This document shows positions 49,564-59,780 of a DNA stretch of 64,000 nucleotides, one piece after another. The stretch is from positions 1,815-65,814 of the forward strand of contig JBKPMX010000013.1 in NCBI GenBank assembly GCA_046765655.1, read 5' to 3'. Positions within the stretch are counted from its first letter, which is position 1; each line of letters starts with the position of its first letter. A model generated the notes under the pieces. It searched no databases. It was not told the DNA's origin and saw nothing but the letters and a program-made list of their open reading frames with translations. This stretch comes from Acidobacteriota bacterium (lineage in GTDB: Bacteria > Acidobacteriota > Blastocatellia > Pyrinomonadales > Pyrinomonadaceae). A program made the position numbers and the translations under genes.

Positions 49564-52032
49564 ATGGGAACCTTATGGCAAGACATCCGTTACGGCGTGC
49601 GCATGTTAAGGAAGACGCCGAGCGTTAGCATTATCGTCGTCATCGCACTCGCCCTCGGCATTGGTGCGAACACTGCAATCTTCAGCGTCGTTAATGCTGT
49701 GCTTCTGCGCCCGCTGCCATACGAGGAAGCGGATCGACTTCTGTTTTTGAACGAGAAGAGCCAGGCGCTTGATGAGATGTCGATCTCGTATCCGAATTAT
49801 CAGGATTGGAAAGCGCAGAACCATGTCTTCGAAGCCATCGGCGTTTATAACCGCCAAAGTTATAACCTCACGGGCGTCGGCGAAGCGGAACGAATTGTCA
49901 CAGGTCAAGTGTCCGCTGATCTTTTCACCGTTTTGCGTGCGCGTCCGGAACTCGGACGTGTCTTCACCAATGATGAAGATAAACCCGGTACTGCCCCTGT
50001 CGTCGTTCTGAGTTATGGCCTGTGGCAACGTCGATTCGGCGGAGACAAAGGCATTCTTAATCAACCGATCAACCTTAACGGAAAAAGCTACACCGTGATT
50101 GGCATCATGCCGGCAAGTTATTTATATCCGAGCCGCGTAGAGATGTGGGTACCAGTGGGCCAGTTATCCGATTCGGCAGCTTGGAAAGAGCGGGGAAATC
50201 ATCCTGGTCTGTATGGAGTTGCGCGCCTGAAACCCGGGATCACTCAGGATCAGGCACAGGCCGATATGGACTTGATTGCAGGAAATCTTGAGAAACAATA
50301 CCCAAACTCAAACCAGGGCACACGAGTTAGGATTCGGCAGATGCTCGAGATCTTTATAAGTGACGTGCGCAGGCCGTTGTGGGTGATCTTTGGAGCTGTC
50401 GGATTTGTATTGCTGATCGCTTGCGCCAACATCGCCAACCTCTTGCTGGCCAGAGCCACAGCGCGGAGAAAAGAAATGGCCATTCGCTCGGCAATGGGCG
50501 CGGGCCGTTGGCGGATTGTGCGCCAGCTTCTTACCGAAAGCATCTTGTTATCGCTTGTCGGCGGCATTATCGGATTGGCACTCGCACGCTTTGGGATCGA
50601 TTTCATACTGAAGATAAGTCCAACGGCAATCCCACGGTCCAGGGAGATTGGACTGGACTGGACCGTCCTTGCATTTACGATCGGCGTGGCGTTCATTACC
50701 GGGATACTTTTCGGAATAATCCCGGCGTTGCAAGCAGGAGAAGTTGACGTCAACGAAACGTTGAAAGAAACAGGCCGCGGCACAAGTGGCCGGCATTGGC
50801 TGCGCAGTTCGCTCGTGGTGGTGGAAGTTGGGACCACGCTAGTCCTCTTGATCGGGGCTGGTTTAATGATCCGAAGTTTCTACAAACTGCAGCAGGTCCA
50901 TCCCGGCTTCTCCTACGAGAATCTGGCTAGCTTCAGCGTGTCGTTACCTGAGAAGAAGTATGTGACTCAAGATCAGCAGGGGGCGTTCTTTAATCGGTTG
51001 TTGGAGGACATTCGAGCAATGCCGGGTGTTGAATCTGCCGCCGTCGCATCTGGCTTACCTCTGGGAAACAATGGTTGGCAAACAGGATTTACTATCGAAG
51101 GTCGTCCGGCACCGGATCCGAAAGACACGCCGCTGATGGAAGCTTGCCTTGTTAGCCCCGATTATTTTCGTGCAATGCAGATTCCTGTGCTGCGTGGTCG
51201 CGTCTTTACTGATCAAGATAATAGAGCGCATGTGAATCCTGAGGCAGAGAAGAAGCTACCGGAAGAAAGACGACCGATGGCGGGCCTGCAGTACCTTGTG
51301 ATTGATGAGTTATTCGCTAAGCGATACTGGCCCAATGAAGATCCGATCGGCAAACGGATCATACTCGGTGGCGCGGATCCTGACAGTCTGAGACTGGAGG
51401 TGATTGGTGTCGTCGGAAGAGTGAAGATGGAAAGTTTGGGTACGGATGACAACCGAGTACAGGGTTATTTTCCGTTTTTGCAGATGCCTGACAATTCAAT
51501 GACCGCGATCATCAAAGCCAGCTCGGATCCAAATCAACTGATCACTTCTGTCAGACAGGCGGTTAAGTCAATCGATCCCGATCAGCCGATCTATAACCCT
51601 CGAACAATGGGAGACATCCGCGCCGAATCGGTCGCGCCGGAACGGTTGAATCTAACGCTACTCGGAATCTTCGCAGGCATCGCGCTAGTCCTGGCGATTG
51701 TTGGTATCTACGGCGTCATGTCTTACTCAGTTACACAACGCACTCACGAAATTGGCATTCGCATGGCCATTGGTGCGCAGCGACGGGATGTGTTCAAGAT
51801 GATCCTGGGGCAGGGAATGAAACTCGCGCTAATTGGGATCGGGATTGGTCTCGTCGGTGCGTTTGCCTTGACGCGATTGATGGCGTCAATGCTCTTCGGA
51901 GTGGAGCCGACCGATGCAACGACCTTTGGGGCTATCTCTGTACTGCTTACCGTTGTTGCGCTGTTAGCGTGCTTTTTGCCGGGTCGCCGCGCGACAAAGG
52001 TCGAGCCAACAGTGTCGTTGCGATACGAGTAG
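49564..52032 (+). CDS. ADOP-family duplicated orphan permease (member 20, insert-bearing subtype)
   Basis: [21 protein letters not shown] with AGGAGA upstream, 21 nt after the previous stop. [15 protein letters not shown] / [15 protein letters not shown]. Divergent tail [17 protein letters not shown]. Extra segment [24 protein letters not shown]. Confidence 0.88.
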   Translation: MGTLWQDIRYGVRMLRKTPSVSIIVVIALALGIGANTAIFSVVNAVLLRPLPYEEADRLLFLNEKSQALDEMSISYPNYQDWKAQNHVFEAIGVYNRQSYNLTGVGEAERIVTGQVSADLFTVLRARPELGRVFTNDEDKPGTAPVVVLSYGLWQRRFGGDKGILNQPINLNGKSYTVIGIMPASYLYPSRVEMWVPVGQLSDSAAWKERGNHPGLYGVARLKPGITQDQAQADMDLIAGNLEKQYPNSNQGTRVRIRQMLEIFISDVRRPLWVIFGAVGFVLLIACANIANLLLARATARRKEMAIRSAMGAGRWRIVRQLLTESILLSLVGGIIGLALARFGIDFILKISPTAIPRSREIGLDWTVLAFTIGVAFITGILFGIIPALQAGEVDVNETLKETGRGTSGRHWLRSSLVVVEVGTTLVLLIGAGLMIRSFYKLQQVHPGFSYENLASFSVSLPEKKYVTQDQQGAFFNRLLEDIRAMPGVESAAVASGLPLGNNGWQTGFTIEGRPAPDPKDTPLMEACLVSPDYFRAMQIPVLRGRVFTDQDNRAHVNPEAEKKLPEERRPMAGLQYLVIDELFAKRYWPNEDPIGKRIILGGADPDSLRLEVIGVVGRVKMESLGTDDNRVQGYFPFLQMPDNSMTAIIKASSDPNQLITSVRQAVKSIDPDQPIYNPRTMGDIRAESVAPERLNLTLLGIFAGIALVLAIVGIYGVMSYSVTQRTHEIGIRMAIGAQRRDVFKMILGQGMKLALIGIGIGLVGAFALTRLMASMLFGVEPTDATTFGAISVLLTVVALLACFLPGRRATKVEPTVSLRYE

Positions 52033-52058
52033 GGAGTTGGACTTTGATCTTGGTACAA

Positions 52059-52255
52059 GCCTGCGAAGCAGGCGGGAGCATAAAGCCTGGGGCGTGAGCC
52101 CCAGGAAAACTGCGCCTCATTCTCACGAGCCCGTGAAACGGGCGGCAGCGGAAAATCTATCGATCTTTCGCCCGCTCCGCGGGCTCGGCATTCAAAAACG
52201 GTAGACTCCCTGGGGCTGACGCCCCAGGCTTTATGCTCACGCCTGCTTCGCAGGC
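52059..52255. mobile_element. palindromic MITE-like element, family B copy 2
   Basis: Same termini as 19719-19909. The right-hand ~41 nt ctgacgccccaggctttatgctcacgcctgcttcgcaggct are identical in both copies. Internal hairpin gcccgtgaaacgggc at 52129-52143. Confidence 0.85.
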
Positions 52256-52257
52256 TA

Positions 52258-52290
52258 GGAAACACCGCCATCTTCAGTTTAGTCGATGCG
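52258..52290 (+). pseudogene. 33-nt relic of an ADOP 5' coding region
   Basis: gga aac acc gcc atc ttc agt tta gtc gat gcg translates to GNTAIFSLVDA, the family TM1 box ([24 protein letters not shown]). It is out of frame with ATG 52329, has no start codon, and directly abuts element B copy 2. Confidence 0.55.
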
Positions 52291-52328
52291 AATCAACAAT
52301 CATCAATATTAATGCCTAGGAGCTCGCG

Positions 52329-54755
52329 ATGGATACGTTTCTTCAAGACATTCGCTATGGTATACGTTCGTTGTTGAAGCAACCTGCCTTCACAGCGATC
52401 GCAATCATAACCATCGCACTCGGAATCGGAGCTAACACCGCGATCTTCAGTGTCGTCAATGCAGTGATCCTTCGCCCGCTTCCTTACCCTGATGCCGACA
52501 AACTCGTGATGCTGTGGAGCACGACACCAAAGGATGGAAACCAGGAACAGCCATTCTCATTTGCCGACTTCAACGATGTGCGAGCTCAAGCAAAATCTTT
52601 TTCGAACATCGCCGCCGCGTCTCCACTCTGGAATTTCACTTTGACTGGCGGCGGCGAACCAGAACCCATTCAGGGACTCTTCGTGTCGCAGAATCTCTTC
52701 GAAATGTTAGGTGCACGACCGGCAATCGGCCGCACCTTTCTCCCGGATGATGATCGACAGGGCGCGAATCCGGTCGTAGTCATTAGTCACGCTTTGTGGC
52801 AAAGGCGATTCGGTGGCGATTCAAATGTGCTCGGACGTCCGCTGAACGTTAGCGGCGTGAACGCCAGCATCGTCGGAGTTATGCCTGAGGACTTTTATTT
52901 TCTCGAATCCGCCGCGGAACTCTGGGCTCCCCTTTCGCAGAATCAGTTCGCCGGCAGTGCCCGGAACGTCCGACTGCTTTCCGTTGTAGGCCGATTGCAT
53001 GATCGCGTTCCGCTGACGCAGGCCAACGCAGAACTCTCTGCGATTAGCGGCCAACTAGCAGCTCAGTATCCGGATACGAATTCAGGATTCGGCTTGCGCG
53101 CCCTTTCATTGCACCAACAGGTAACTGGCAAAGTGCGCGGGGCGTTGTTGTTGCTTCTCGGCGCAGTCGGGCTAGTTCTCCTGATCGCGTGCGTCAACGT
53201 TGTGAATTTGATGTTGGTGCGCAGCGCGGGCCGAAGCAGAGAGATTGCAGTCCGTGCTGCAGTTGGCGCAGGTCGATTCCGTTTGCTTCGGCAATTGCTT
53301 ACCGAGAGCATTACGTTATCGGTGTTCGGTGGTGCCGCAGGAGCTTTGGTTGCGACTTGGGGCGTGAAACTCCTGCTTACGCTTAATCCCATCGCGCTGC
53401 CTCGCTATAACAAAATCGGAGTTGATTCGACGGTGCTGCTGTTCACGCTGGCGGCGTCAGTGATCACTGGGATCGTCTTTGGCTTAGCACCGGCATGGCG
53501 AATGTTCAAGTTCGATTTAAATTCGGTTCTCAAAGAGGGTGGACGCGGGACCGTCGATACAAGTCAACATCGACTGAGCAGTGCACTCGTTAGTCTGGAG
53601 ATAGCGACGGCGTTTGTGTTGCTGATTGGTGCTGGACTCTTGATTCGAAGTTTTGCACGACTCGTCGACGTAAATCCGGGTTTCGAAACTCAGCACACTC
53701 TTACGATGCAGGTAGGACTTCCGAACGCGAGTTACGGTGAACCGCAAAAGCGAATTGGGTTTGTGCAACAGTTGGAAGCGAATTTGAAAGGGATCCCTGA
53801 TGTCACGTCAGTGGGAATCGTAACCCGTCTGCCCTTGTTAAGCGCTCTTAATAACGTCACGACGTTCCTCACAATCGAAGGCCGGCAGATGCAACCCGGT
53901 GAAAGACCCGAAATTGATTTTCGACGGGCGAGTACGGGTTATTTCGAAGCGATGAACATACCGCTGATCGCCGGGCGATTGGTGACAGAGCAGGATGTTA
54001 CAAACAACACGCATTCGGTTGTTATCAATGAAGCGATGGCCAAGCGTTTTTGGCCGGGCGAAGATCCGATAGGGAAGCATATCAGCACCGCGACAGCCAC
54101 GGGTCAGCAAACTCAGTGGCAAACGATTGTTGGCATCGTCGGAAACGTTCGCCATCTCGGTTTGGATACTGAACCACGTCCTGAACTTTACTATCACTCG
54201 AATACGTCTCCGCCATTCGGGCCAGTGCTGGTGATCCGATCGAAAGGCGATCCGAAGGCACTGATTTCGCTGGCTCGCGCGAAGGTACGAGAGCTTGATG
54301 GCGATGTGCCGGTTTCGAATGTCAACACAATGGATCAACTGGTGGCGCAGTCAGTCGCGCAACGTCGCTTCGGAATGTTTTTGTTGACGGGTTTTGCAGC
54401 GTTGGCGCTGCTGCTTGCAGCTATTGGGATTTATGGTGTCATCAGTTATTCAGTAGCGCAGCGTACGCAGGAGATAGGAGTGCGCATGGCGTTGGGTGCG
54501 CGCACTGCAGACGTACTCAAACTCGTAATGACGAATGGTTTGAAACTGGCCGCGATGGGGTTAGCAATTGGCCTCGTTGGAGCATTTTTATTGACCCGAC
54601 TAATGGCGCGTTTGCTGTTCCACGTTGGACCAACCGACGCGGTTACGTTTGCGAGTGTCTCCGTCGGCTTGTTGCTGGTAGCATTTCTCGCCTGCTATCT
54701 TCCGGCACGCCGCGCCACGAAAGTGGATCCTTTGGTGGCGCTGCGGTGCGAATGA
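52329..54755 (+). CDS. ADOP-family duplicated orphan permease (member 21, last of array)
   Basis: [21 protein letters not shown] with AGGAG upstream. [15 protein letters not shown] / [15 protein letters not shown]. Tail [17 protein letters not shown]. Confidence 0.9.
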   Translation: MDTFLQDIRYGIRSLLKQPAFTAIAIITIALGIGANTAIFSVVNAVILRPLPYPDADKLVMLWSTTPKDGNQEQPFSFADFNDVRAQAKSFSNIAAASPLWNFTLTGGGEPEPIQGLFVSQNLFEMLGARPAIGRTFLPDDDRQGANPVVVISHALWQRRFGGDSNVLGRPLNVSGVNASIVGVMPEDFYFLESAAELWAPLSQNQFAGSARNVRLLSVVGRLHDRVPLTQANAELSAISGQLAAQYPDTNSGFGLRALSLHQQVTGKVRGALLLLLGAVGLVLLIACVNVVNLMLVRSAGRSREIAVRAAVGAGRFRLLRQLLTESITLSVFGGAAGALVATWGVKLLLTLNPIALPRYNKIGVDSTVLLFTLAASVITGIVFGLAPAWRMFKFDLNSVLKEGGRGTVDTSQHRLSSALVSLEIATAFVLLIGAGLLIRSFARLVDVNPGFETQHTLTMQVGLPNASYGEPQKRIGFVQQLEANLKGIPDVTSVGIVTRLPLLSALNNVTTFLTIEGRQMQPGERPEIDFRRASTGYFEAMNIPLIAGRLVTEQDVTNNTHSVVINEAMAKRFWPGEDPIGKHISTATATGQQTQWQTIVGIVGNVRHLGLDTEPRPELYYHSNTSPPFGPVLVIRSKGDPKALISLARAKVRELDGDVPVSNVNTMDQLVAQSVAQRRFGMFLLTGFAALALLLAAIGIYGVISYSVAQRTQEIGVRMALGARTADVLKLVMTNGLKLAAMGLAIGLVGAFLLTRLMARLLFHVGPTDAVTFASVSVGLLLVAFLACYLPARRATKVDPLVALRCE

Positions 54756-54765
54756 CGTCAATCGC

Positions 54766-54881
54766 GTGATCAAACAGTCAACACCGAAACGCGGTAGCGT
54801 CGCGTCTCCGTTACCACCAGATCGCGCGAGAAAGTAACGAAGACCCGACGCTACCGCGTTTCGGTACTGACTGTTTGCCAC
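54766..54881. mobile_element. palindromic MITE/REP-like element, family A copy 3 (degenerate left arm)
   Basis: The right arm cgctaccgcgtttcggtactgactgtttgccac has one mismatch to copies 1 and 2. Left arm gtgatcaaacagtcaacaccgaaacgcggtagcg. It lies between the last ADOP gene and the response regulator. Confidence 0.8.
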
Positions 54882-54910
54882 TCAGAACCTAATGCTGCAA
54901 TATTCTCCCC

Positions 54911-56287
54911 ATGCCTCGTATCCTTGTTGCAGATGATCAAGCTGATGTTCTGGCGGCGCTGCGACTGCTGCTCAAAGGTGAAGGGTTCAATATTGAAACC
55001 GTATCCTCTCCGGCAGCGGTCCTCAAAGCCATTGACTCACGCGATCTGGATGTCGCTCTCCTGGATCTCAATTACGCGCGCGACACCACTTCCGGCAGCG
55101 AAGGCCTCGACCTGATCACGCGCATTAGAGACAAAGATCCCGCGTTGCCGATAATAGTAATGACTGCTTGGGGCAGCGTTGATCTAGCGGTCGAAGCAAT
55201 GCGTCGTGGCGCACGTGACTTTATTCAGAAGCCCTGGGATAACCAACGGCTGTTGACAGTCTTGCGCACCCAGCTCGAGCTATCGAAGGCGCTTCGTCGA
55301 GGTGAACAACTCGAAGCTGAAAACCTTGCGCTGCGCGACAGCGCCGACGGCGGCAACGGAAAAGCCATCCGTTTGATCGCCGAATCGCCGGCGATGAAAT
55401 CCGTCATGAACCTGGTAACGCGCATTGGACCAGCCGATGCAAACGTTCTGATCACCGGTGAGCATGGCACTGGCAAGGAAGTGATTGCGCGCACGCTCCA
55501 CAGCCTGTCGCAAAGAGCTAGTAAACCGATGGTCTCGGTGAATGCAGGCGCGCTTGCTGAAGGAGTTTTTGAGAGCGAGTTGTTTGGCCACGTGCGCGGC
55601 GCATTCACCGACGCGCGCGCCGATCGTGTTGGTCGCTTCGAATTGGCTGATCGCGGAACATTGTTTCTTGATGAGATTGCGAACGTACCTCCGAATCTTC
55701 AGGCAAAGCTCCTGCGTGTATTGGAGACCGGTGAGTTTGAGCGCGTCGGATCTTCAAAGACGCATCGCGTGAATACGCGCGTGTTGTCTGCAACCAATGC
55801 TGATCTTTCGCAGAAAGCGGAGGCGGGGGAGTTCAGGCAAGACTTGTTGTTCCGTCTGAACACCGTAGAAATTCATTTGCCGCCTTTGCGCGAACGACCG
55901 GAAGACATCCGGTCACTTGCCGAACATTTTCTACAGCAACATTCCGGTCGTTACCATCACTCCTTACAAGGCTTCACCACCGAAGCGTTGGACGCGATGA
56001 TGCGATATTCCTGGCCCGGCAATGTGCGCGAGCTTGATCACGTGATTGAACGCGCAGTGCTAATGTCGACGAGTGCTGTAGTGACGGCTTTCGATCTGGC
56101 CCTGCAATCGGGACGCGAGCCAGGTGTGTCGGCGAAGATTGATGAAATGAGTTTGGAGGAAGTCGAACGACTGCTGATCAGCAAAGCGCTGGCGCGATTT
56201 AGTGGCAATGCGAATCGCGCTGCGGAGGCGCTCGGTCTCAGTCGTAGTGCACTGTACCGAAGACTCCAGAAGTATGGCCTGTCCTAA
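54911..56287 (+). CDS. sigma-54-dependent response regulator (NtrC family: REC + AAA+ + Fis-type HTH)
   Basis: REC domain MPRILVADDQ...ALLDLNY...IIVMTAWG. Walker A GEHGTGKE. ESELFGH and GAFTDA (variant of the GAFTGA sigma-54 contact loop). C-terminal HTH NRAAEALGLSRSALYRRLQKYGL. Confidence 0.9.
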   Translation: MPRILVADDQADVLAALRLLLKGEGFNIETVSSPAAVLKAIDSRDLDVALLDLNYARDTTSGSEGLDLITRIRDKDPALPIIVMTAWGSVDLAVEAMRRGARDFIQKPWDNQRLLTVLRTQLELSKALRRGEQLEAENLALRDSADGGNGKAIRLIAESPAMKSVMNLVTRIGPADANVLITGEHGTGKEVIARTLHSLSQRASKPMVSVNAGALAEGVFESELFGHVRGAFTDARADRVGRFELADRGTLFLDEIANVPPNLQAKLLRVLETGEFERVGSSKTHRVNTRVLSATNADLSQKAEAGEFRQDLLFRLNTVEIHLPPLRERPEDIRSLAEHFLQQHSGRYHHSLQGFTTEALDAMMRYSWPGNVRELDHVIERAVLMSTSAVVTAFDLALQSGREPGVSAKIDEMSLEEVERLLISKALARFSGNANRAAEALGLSRSALYRRLQKYGLS

Positions 56288-56296
56288 CCACACTCT

Positions 56297-56383
56297 GACA
56301 GGATACCAGGATTACAAGATGACTCGAAAATTGCGAGAGTTCTAGTTCGTCATCATGTAATCGTGCAATCCTGTAATCCTGTC
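56297..56383. repeat. imperfect long hairpin in the regulator-kinase spacer
   Basis: gacaggataccaggattacaagatgac versus gtcatcatgtaatcgtgcaatcctgtaatcctgtc. The arms contain short tandem words (aatcctgt aatcctgt). Confidence 0.7.
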
Positions 56384-56403
56384 AAGTTAGATAGAATGGC
56401 TTC

Positions 56404-57789
56404 GTGAGTACCCCGCAGAAAAAAGCTACGACAACTTTCCATTCTCTCGATCCGTCGTTTCGTCGCCCGGAACGTATAAAGTTCGAGCGTCGAGTTACGC
56501 TGCTGGCTCTGGCTGCGGGGTTTCCGCCGGTTGCACTGTCGGCGCTGCTCTTGTGGCTCAACGGTTATTCCGCGCAGATTCAGTGGACCGTCGATCTACT
56601 GCTCGCACTGCTTTGGCTTGGCGTTTCCTTCAATCTCAAACAACGCGTCGTCCGACCCTTACAAACACTCTCGAACATACTGGCGGCGATCAGAGAAGGC
56701 GACTATTCGATCCGCGGCCGGCGCGCGATTTCAGGCGACGCATTGGGCGAAGTCATGCTCGAGGTCAACGACCTTGGTCAAACATTACGCGAGCAACGTA
56801 TCGGCGCCATGGAAGCGACAGCGCTGCTCCGAACCGTGATGTCGGAGATCGACGTTGCAGTCTTTGCTTTTGATGGAGAACAGCGACTCCGTTTGGTTAA
56901 TCGCGCGGGTGAAAGGCTATTGGCCCAGCCCGCAGCGCGACTGCTTGGACGTACGAGTGCTGAGTTGGGACTCCTCGCTTGTTTCAGCCGGCCCGAAGGA
57001 CCGGGCCCGTACACGATGCAGTTGGTTTTTCCGGGTGGAGTGGGGAAGTGGGATATCCGGCGCAGCACATTTCGAGAAGGTGGCGTGCAGCATCACCTGC
57101 TTGTGCTGACGGATTTGAGTCAGACCCTACGCGAAGAAGAGCGAACCGCATGGCAGCGCCTGCTTCGTGTGCTGGGACATGAGCTAAACAATTCACTTGC
57201 TCCCATAAAATCGGTCGCAGGAAGTCTCGGCGATTTGTTAGGCCGAACTCCGCCACCTGCGGATTGGCGCGACGACATGCAGCGCGGTTTAGAAGTGATC
57301 TCCTCCAGGGCCGATTCACTCGCGCGATTTGTCGAATCGTATTCGAAACTCGCGCGTTTGCCGCAACCCCGTTTCGAGCCGCTGAACATCGGCGCACTTG
57401 TATCGCGCGTGGCCACTCTGGAAACGAGATTGCCGGTCAATGTTGTTGCCGGACCCGAAGTATCAGTTCAGGGAGACGATGCGCAACTTGAACAATTGCT
57501 GATCAATCTTGTTCGCAATGCAGTCGACGCATCGCTCGAAACGCACGGCGGCGTAGAGATGGGTTGGCGACAACGGAATGGGCATGTTGAAGTTTGGATA
57601 GACGACGAAGGGCCAGGTCTCGCCAATACTACGAACCTGTTCGTTCCGTTCTTCACGACAAAGGCGGGCGGCTCTGGAATCGGTTTGGTGTTGTCGCGTC
57701 AAATCGCCGAAGCACACGGTGGTACGTTGACTCTCGAGAATCGATCGAGAGTTCGCGGATGTGAAGCACGACTGCGGTTGCCGTTGTAA
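56404..57789 (+). CDS. membrane sensor histidine kinase (2 TM, HAMP, PAS-like, HisKA, HATPase_c)
   Basis: GTG start. TM segments VTLLALAAGFPPVALSALLLWL and VDLLLALLWLGVSF. HAMP-like RPLQTLSNILAAIREGDYSIR. H-box LGHELNNSLAPI, N-box LINLVRNAVDA, G-boxes DDEGPG and GGSGIGL. Confidence 0.88.
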   Translation: MSTPQKKATTTFHSLDPSFRRPERIKFERRVTLLALAAGFPPVALSALLLWLNGYSAQIQWTVDLLLALLWLGVSFNLKQRVVRPLQTLSNILAAIREGDYSIRGRRAISGDALGEVMLEVNDLGQTLREQRIGAMEATALLRTVMSEIDVAVFAFDGEQRLRLVNRAGERLLAQPAARLLGRTSAELGLLACFSRPEGPGPYTMQLVFPGGVGKWDIRRSTFREGGVQHHLLVLTDLSQTLREEERTAWQRLLRVLGHELNNSLAPIKSVAGSLGDLLGRTPPPADWRDDMQRGLEVISSRADSLARFVESYSKLARLPQPRFEPLNIGALVSRVATLETRLPVNVVAGPEVSVQGDDAQLEQLLINLVRNAVDASLETHGGVEMGWRQRNGHVEVWIDDEGPGLANTTNLFVPFFTTKAGGSGIGLVLSRQIAEAHGGTLTLENRSRVRGCEARLRLPL

Positions 57790-58081
57790 GTGTTCAATAG
57801 ACTCCTCAATCTTAGACCTTCGCCGCCTGAAGACTCAAAGCGTTAAGTAAGAAAAATTAACGTGCTTGGCTAGGATGAACACTGGATGAAGATTGAAAGA
57901 CGAACCGAACTATATTCATTTCTTGTTCGTCCTTGATCACCGAAAACTCGTTTAAGCAGCTCAAGTTCACCGTAATGTTGTGTTTGGTGGGGATTCTAAA
58001 ATAAGGACATCACTCATGAACCATGCGTCGTCGATTTTTGGCGGGACTAGATCGTTTATGCGCTATTTCGCCGGAGGAGAT

Positions 58082-59275
58082 ATGAACACTCGATCGAGAA
58101 TGATGATCGGTTTTTTCGCTGTTCTGATCCTGAGTGGATCCGTGAGGTCACAAAGTCCTCTGTTGACCAATCCATCAAGTCTTGGTCAGTTTCCGACAGT
58201 CGAACAAATCAGAGCTGCAACTAAAGGGACGGATGAGGTCGACAGTCATGCTCGCTTTATGGCTGCTCTTTATCTAATAAACTCGATGATCATTAACGAT
58301 CTTGTAACGGCGCCAAATGGCGGTCGGTACGATATTCCTCCCGCGGCTGAGAGAGTTCAGTCAAGGTATTCGAATGCGATCACGAGATTGAGTATCGATG
58401 AAATCCCGGCTGCGGCGCGCGATCCCCGATACAGAGCGCTCGAGGATAAATACGAAAAAGATCCGGCCTTTCTGGACGGCGTGCTCACACAGTTTTTTAC
58501 ACCCGAGTTTCGCACCGCCTATTACGCTTGGGTTCGAAAACCCGTACCACAGTCCACGACGCATGTTGCAGTCGGACCGAGCAAAGCGGTCATATCCAAT
58601 CCGGCTGTCGTTGTCCAGTGTCCGAAGGTGGAGATCTCCAGTCCCTCGGAAGTCGATGCAGGACAGTCGATAACCTTTAGCGTGTCTGTCACCGGTGGCG
58701 ATCGCGACACAACCCCAACTTTCAACTGGACCGTTTCAGCCGGTACGATTTCAAGCGGACAGGGCACTTCGACGATCACAGTTGACACGACCAATGTCGG
58801 TGGACAGAGCTCCACTGCGACAGTCAATATCGGTGGTTATGACCGGGAATGTAAGACGAGTCAGAGCGGTACCACTGCTATAAAACCCAAACCTCAGCCA
58901 GCGCGGGAGATCGACGAATACGGCACGCTGAGACTGAACGACCGTAATGCGCGTCTCGATAATTACGCCATCGAACTGCAGAACGACCCAACGGCCACCG
59001 GGTATGTCATCGCTTACGCGGGACGAAAGAGTACTCCGGGCACCGCGACGTCTTTGATGAATGCGGCTAAGAAGTATCTGGTTGAAACCCGGGGCATCGA
59101 CGGAAGCCGCATCGTTACTGTCAATGGAGGCTATCGCGAAGAAACGACCACCGAGCTTTGGATCGTTCCACAAGGCGGTAGGCCGCCGCAGGTAAATCCG
59201 ACCGTCGATCCATCGGAGATCAAAGCTCCGATAAAAAAGAAACCGGTCCCCAAACGGACCACTAAGCCGACTTAA
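58082..59275 (+). CDS. exported protein of unknown function
   Basis: ATG 58082 is preceded by GGAGGAG and gives signal peptide MNTRSRMMIGFFAVLILSGSVRSQ (ORF-track start 57980 is less likely). The middle has a Thr/Ser-rich beta-type segment (ITFSVSVTGG..FNWTVSAGTISSG). No recognisable catalytic motif. Confidence 0.55.
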   Translation: MNTRSRMMIGFFAVLILSGSVRSQSPLLTNPSSLGQFPTVEQIRAATKGTDEVDSHARFMAALYLINSMIINDLVTAPNGGRYDIPPAAERVQSRYSNAITRLSIDEIPAAARDPRYRALEDKYEKDPAFLDGVLTQFFTPEFRTAYYAWVRKPVPQSTTHVAVGPSKAVISNPAVVVQCPKVEISSPSEVDAGQSITFSVSVTGGDRDTTPTFNWTVSAGTISSGQGTSTITVDTTNVGGQSSTATVNIGGYDRECKTSQSGTTAIKPKPQPAREIDEYGTLRLNDRNARLDNYAIELQNDPTATGYVIAYAGRKSTPGTATSLMNAAKKYLVETRGIDGSRIVTVNGGYREETTTELWIVPQGGRPPQVNPTVDPSEIKAPIKKKPVPKRTTKPT

Positions 59276-59743
59276 ATGCGGTTCATTCCTCTTCTCTTGG
59301 TGTGCGGGTCGCTGCTGACGTATGCGGCGTGTCAATCGACACATAATTCTCCTGCGGTTGATCGTCGCGATCCTGAAGCGGTTCTGCGCGCGTACTTCAC
59401 TGCCTGGTCCAATAACGACACCGCGACTCAAAAATCATTGATGACTCAAAAATACTCTAACCTGGCTTACGAACCCGTAAATTCACTACGCGTACTGACA
59501 ATCGCACCGGCGGATGTCGCCTCGCCAACGGAACGCGTATATGCAGTCTCATTCGAGGTAACGTTCAAAGGTGGTCGCAGCATCAGCATGGAGAATGGCC
59601 GGTACAGTTGGACCTATACTCTTACGTGGGACGCCACGCGTGACTCCTGGCTGATCTCAAATTACGGTGCTGGTGAAGAGGGACGGTTGAAACTTCGTCG
59701 GATCTTTTATTCATCCTTCATCCCTCATCCTCCGATTATCTGA
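59276..59743 (+). CDS. putative lipoprotein of unknown function
   Basis: The ATG directly abuts the previous stop (TAAATG). The N-terminus MRFIPLLLVCGSLLTYAAC has a lipobox-like cysteine. Function unknown. Confidence 0.5.
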   Translation: MRFIPLLLVCGSLLTYAACQSTHNSPAVDRRDPEAVLRAYFTAWSNNDTATQKSLMTQKYSNLAYEPVNSLRVLTIAPADVASPTERVYAVSFEVTFKGGRSISMENGRYSWTYTLTWDATRDSWLISNYGAGEEGRLKLRRIFYSSFIPHPPII

Positions 59744-59780
59744 ACGGTCGGGATCGTGCAATGGAAGCGATTATTGGTCA

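Noticed and set aside
54700-54755. Near-identical ~50-nt 3' ends of the paralogs (..gtcgatccgctggtggcgcttcgatatgaa..), considered as a recombination box or RNA element.
   Set aside because: The corresponding peptide PARRA.K.DP..ALRYE is the normal conserved C-terminus of FtsX/MacB-family permeases. Protein-level constraint plus codon bias is sufficient explanation. It may still facilitate recombination, but nothing in the sequence requires that.
1555-54910. Integron-like cassette array (co-directional genes each followed by an imperfect palindrome, reminiscent of attC sites).
   Set aside because: There is no intI-like gene in the window. The palindromes lack shared RYYYAAC/GTTRRRY-type cores and differ completely in sequence. 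The putative cassettes are all large paralogs with their own ribosome-binding sites, not diverse promoterless genes.
55441-55470. The Walker A motif (GEHGTGKE), considered as the missing ABC ATPase for the permeases.
   Set aside because: It belongs to the AAA+ sigma-54 interaction domain (GAFTDA, ESELFGH and a Fis-type HTH are present). There is no ABC signature LSGGQ.
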